Shown: piece after piece, positions 63,872-64,000 of the stretch
How positions within the stretch are numbered: the first letter of the stretch is position 1
How the letters are laid out: every line of letters starts with the position of its first letter
NCBI GenBank assembly: GCA_029775855.1
Contig: JARVJZ010000004.1
Location: 4,901-68,900, forward strand
Length of the DNA: 64,000 bases
Direction: 5' to 3'
Source: Nitrososphaeria archaeon
GTDB lineage: Archaea > Thermoproteota > Nitrososphaeria > Nitrososphaerales > JAAOZN01
Made by a program: the position numbers and the translations under genes
The notes under the pieces: generated by a model
Database searches by the model: none
Told to the model about the DNA's origin: nothing
Seen by the model: only the letters and a program-made list of their open reading frames with translations

Positions 63872-64000
63872 CTATAAGAGATATATCAGCTTGAGAGTAG
63901 ATTAAGAGATTGTGTAAATTAATAAAGGTTTACCCTCTTGATACTGGTCTCTTGCTTAATGTGTCGATAAGCCAGCTTATTCCTTGGGTAGTTATCCTAT

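Noticed and set aside
1-64000. A search by eye for tRNA, rRNA, CRISPR arrays, integrases or transposases, and toxin-antitoxin pairs.
   Set aside because: None was recognisable. The intergenic regions are short and AT-rich, with promoter-like sequences only. A tRNAscan, Infernal or HMM run would be needed to be sure.

Overview
This is a densely packed, moderately AT-rich archaeal chromosomal segment. It carries about 60 protein genes on both strands, with short gaps, many TTG/GTG starts, and TATA-like boxes 25-30 nt upstream of several starts. Archaeal origin is supported by four things: an archaeal-type GAPDH next to PGK, class-III-signal pilins with FlaI/FlaJ-type assembly genes, a Pyrococcus-like GyaR, and Thr-rich stalks. 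I cannot name the lineage; TACK/Thermoproteota-like is a guess. By eye I found no rRNA, tRNA, CRISPR array, transposase or integrase.

Main blocks:
- 0.2-8.9 kb: mixed genes, namely GyaR, a UPF0182 membrane protein, a membrane-anchored Hsp20, a Clp1-like kinase, an acylphosphatase-domain protein carrying a 21-bp tandem repeat, and an MBL hydrolase.
- 8.8-16.1 kb: an ArsM / AhpD-like / fused DUF2064-GT2 operon that resembles bacterial arsenosugar clusters, followed by further membrane glycosyltransferases.
- 16.1-33.3 kb: a molybdoenzyme island. It holds two paralogous DmsA/DmsB-like pairs, each next to a TolB-like beta-propeller, plus one complete Psr-like operon (catalytic, FeS, NrfD and TorD-like genes), a B12-radical SAM gene and an exported rhodanese.
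- 35.3-41.2 kb: an archaeal type IV pilus locus.
- 41.3-50 kb: a NorQ/NorD-like AAA+/VWA pair, a C2H2 zinc-finger protein and a 996-aa Ig-repeat surface protein.
- 50.6-64 kb: housekeeping genes, namely pgk, gap, a MoxR/VWA pair, sufSU, a family-5 UDG, larBC, TauE, Usp and others.

Most unusual observations:
- A perfect 406-bp inverted repeat puts an identical 5' UTR and 129-codon TAT/Thr-rich module on two otherwise diverged molybdoenzyme genes. It brackets 6,963 bp that contain both promoters.
- One of the two paralogous FeS subunits has lost exactly the ligand set of its distal cluster.
- The arsenosugar-like operon has no ArsS in view.
- A small unannotated AN1-like zinc-finger ORF lies between two annotated genes.
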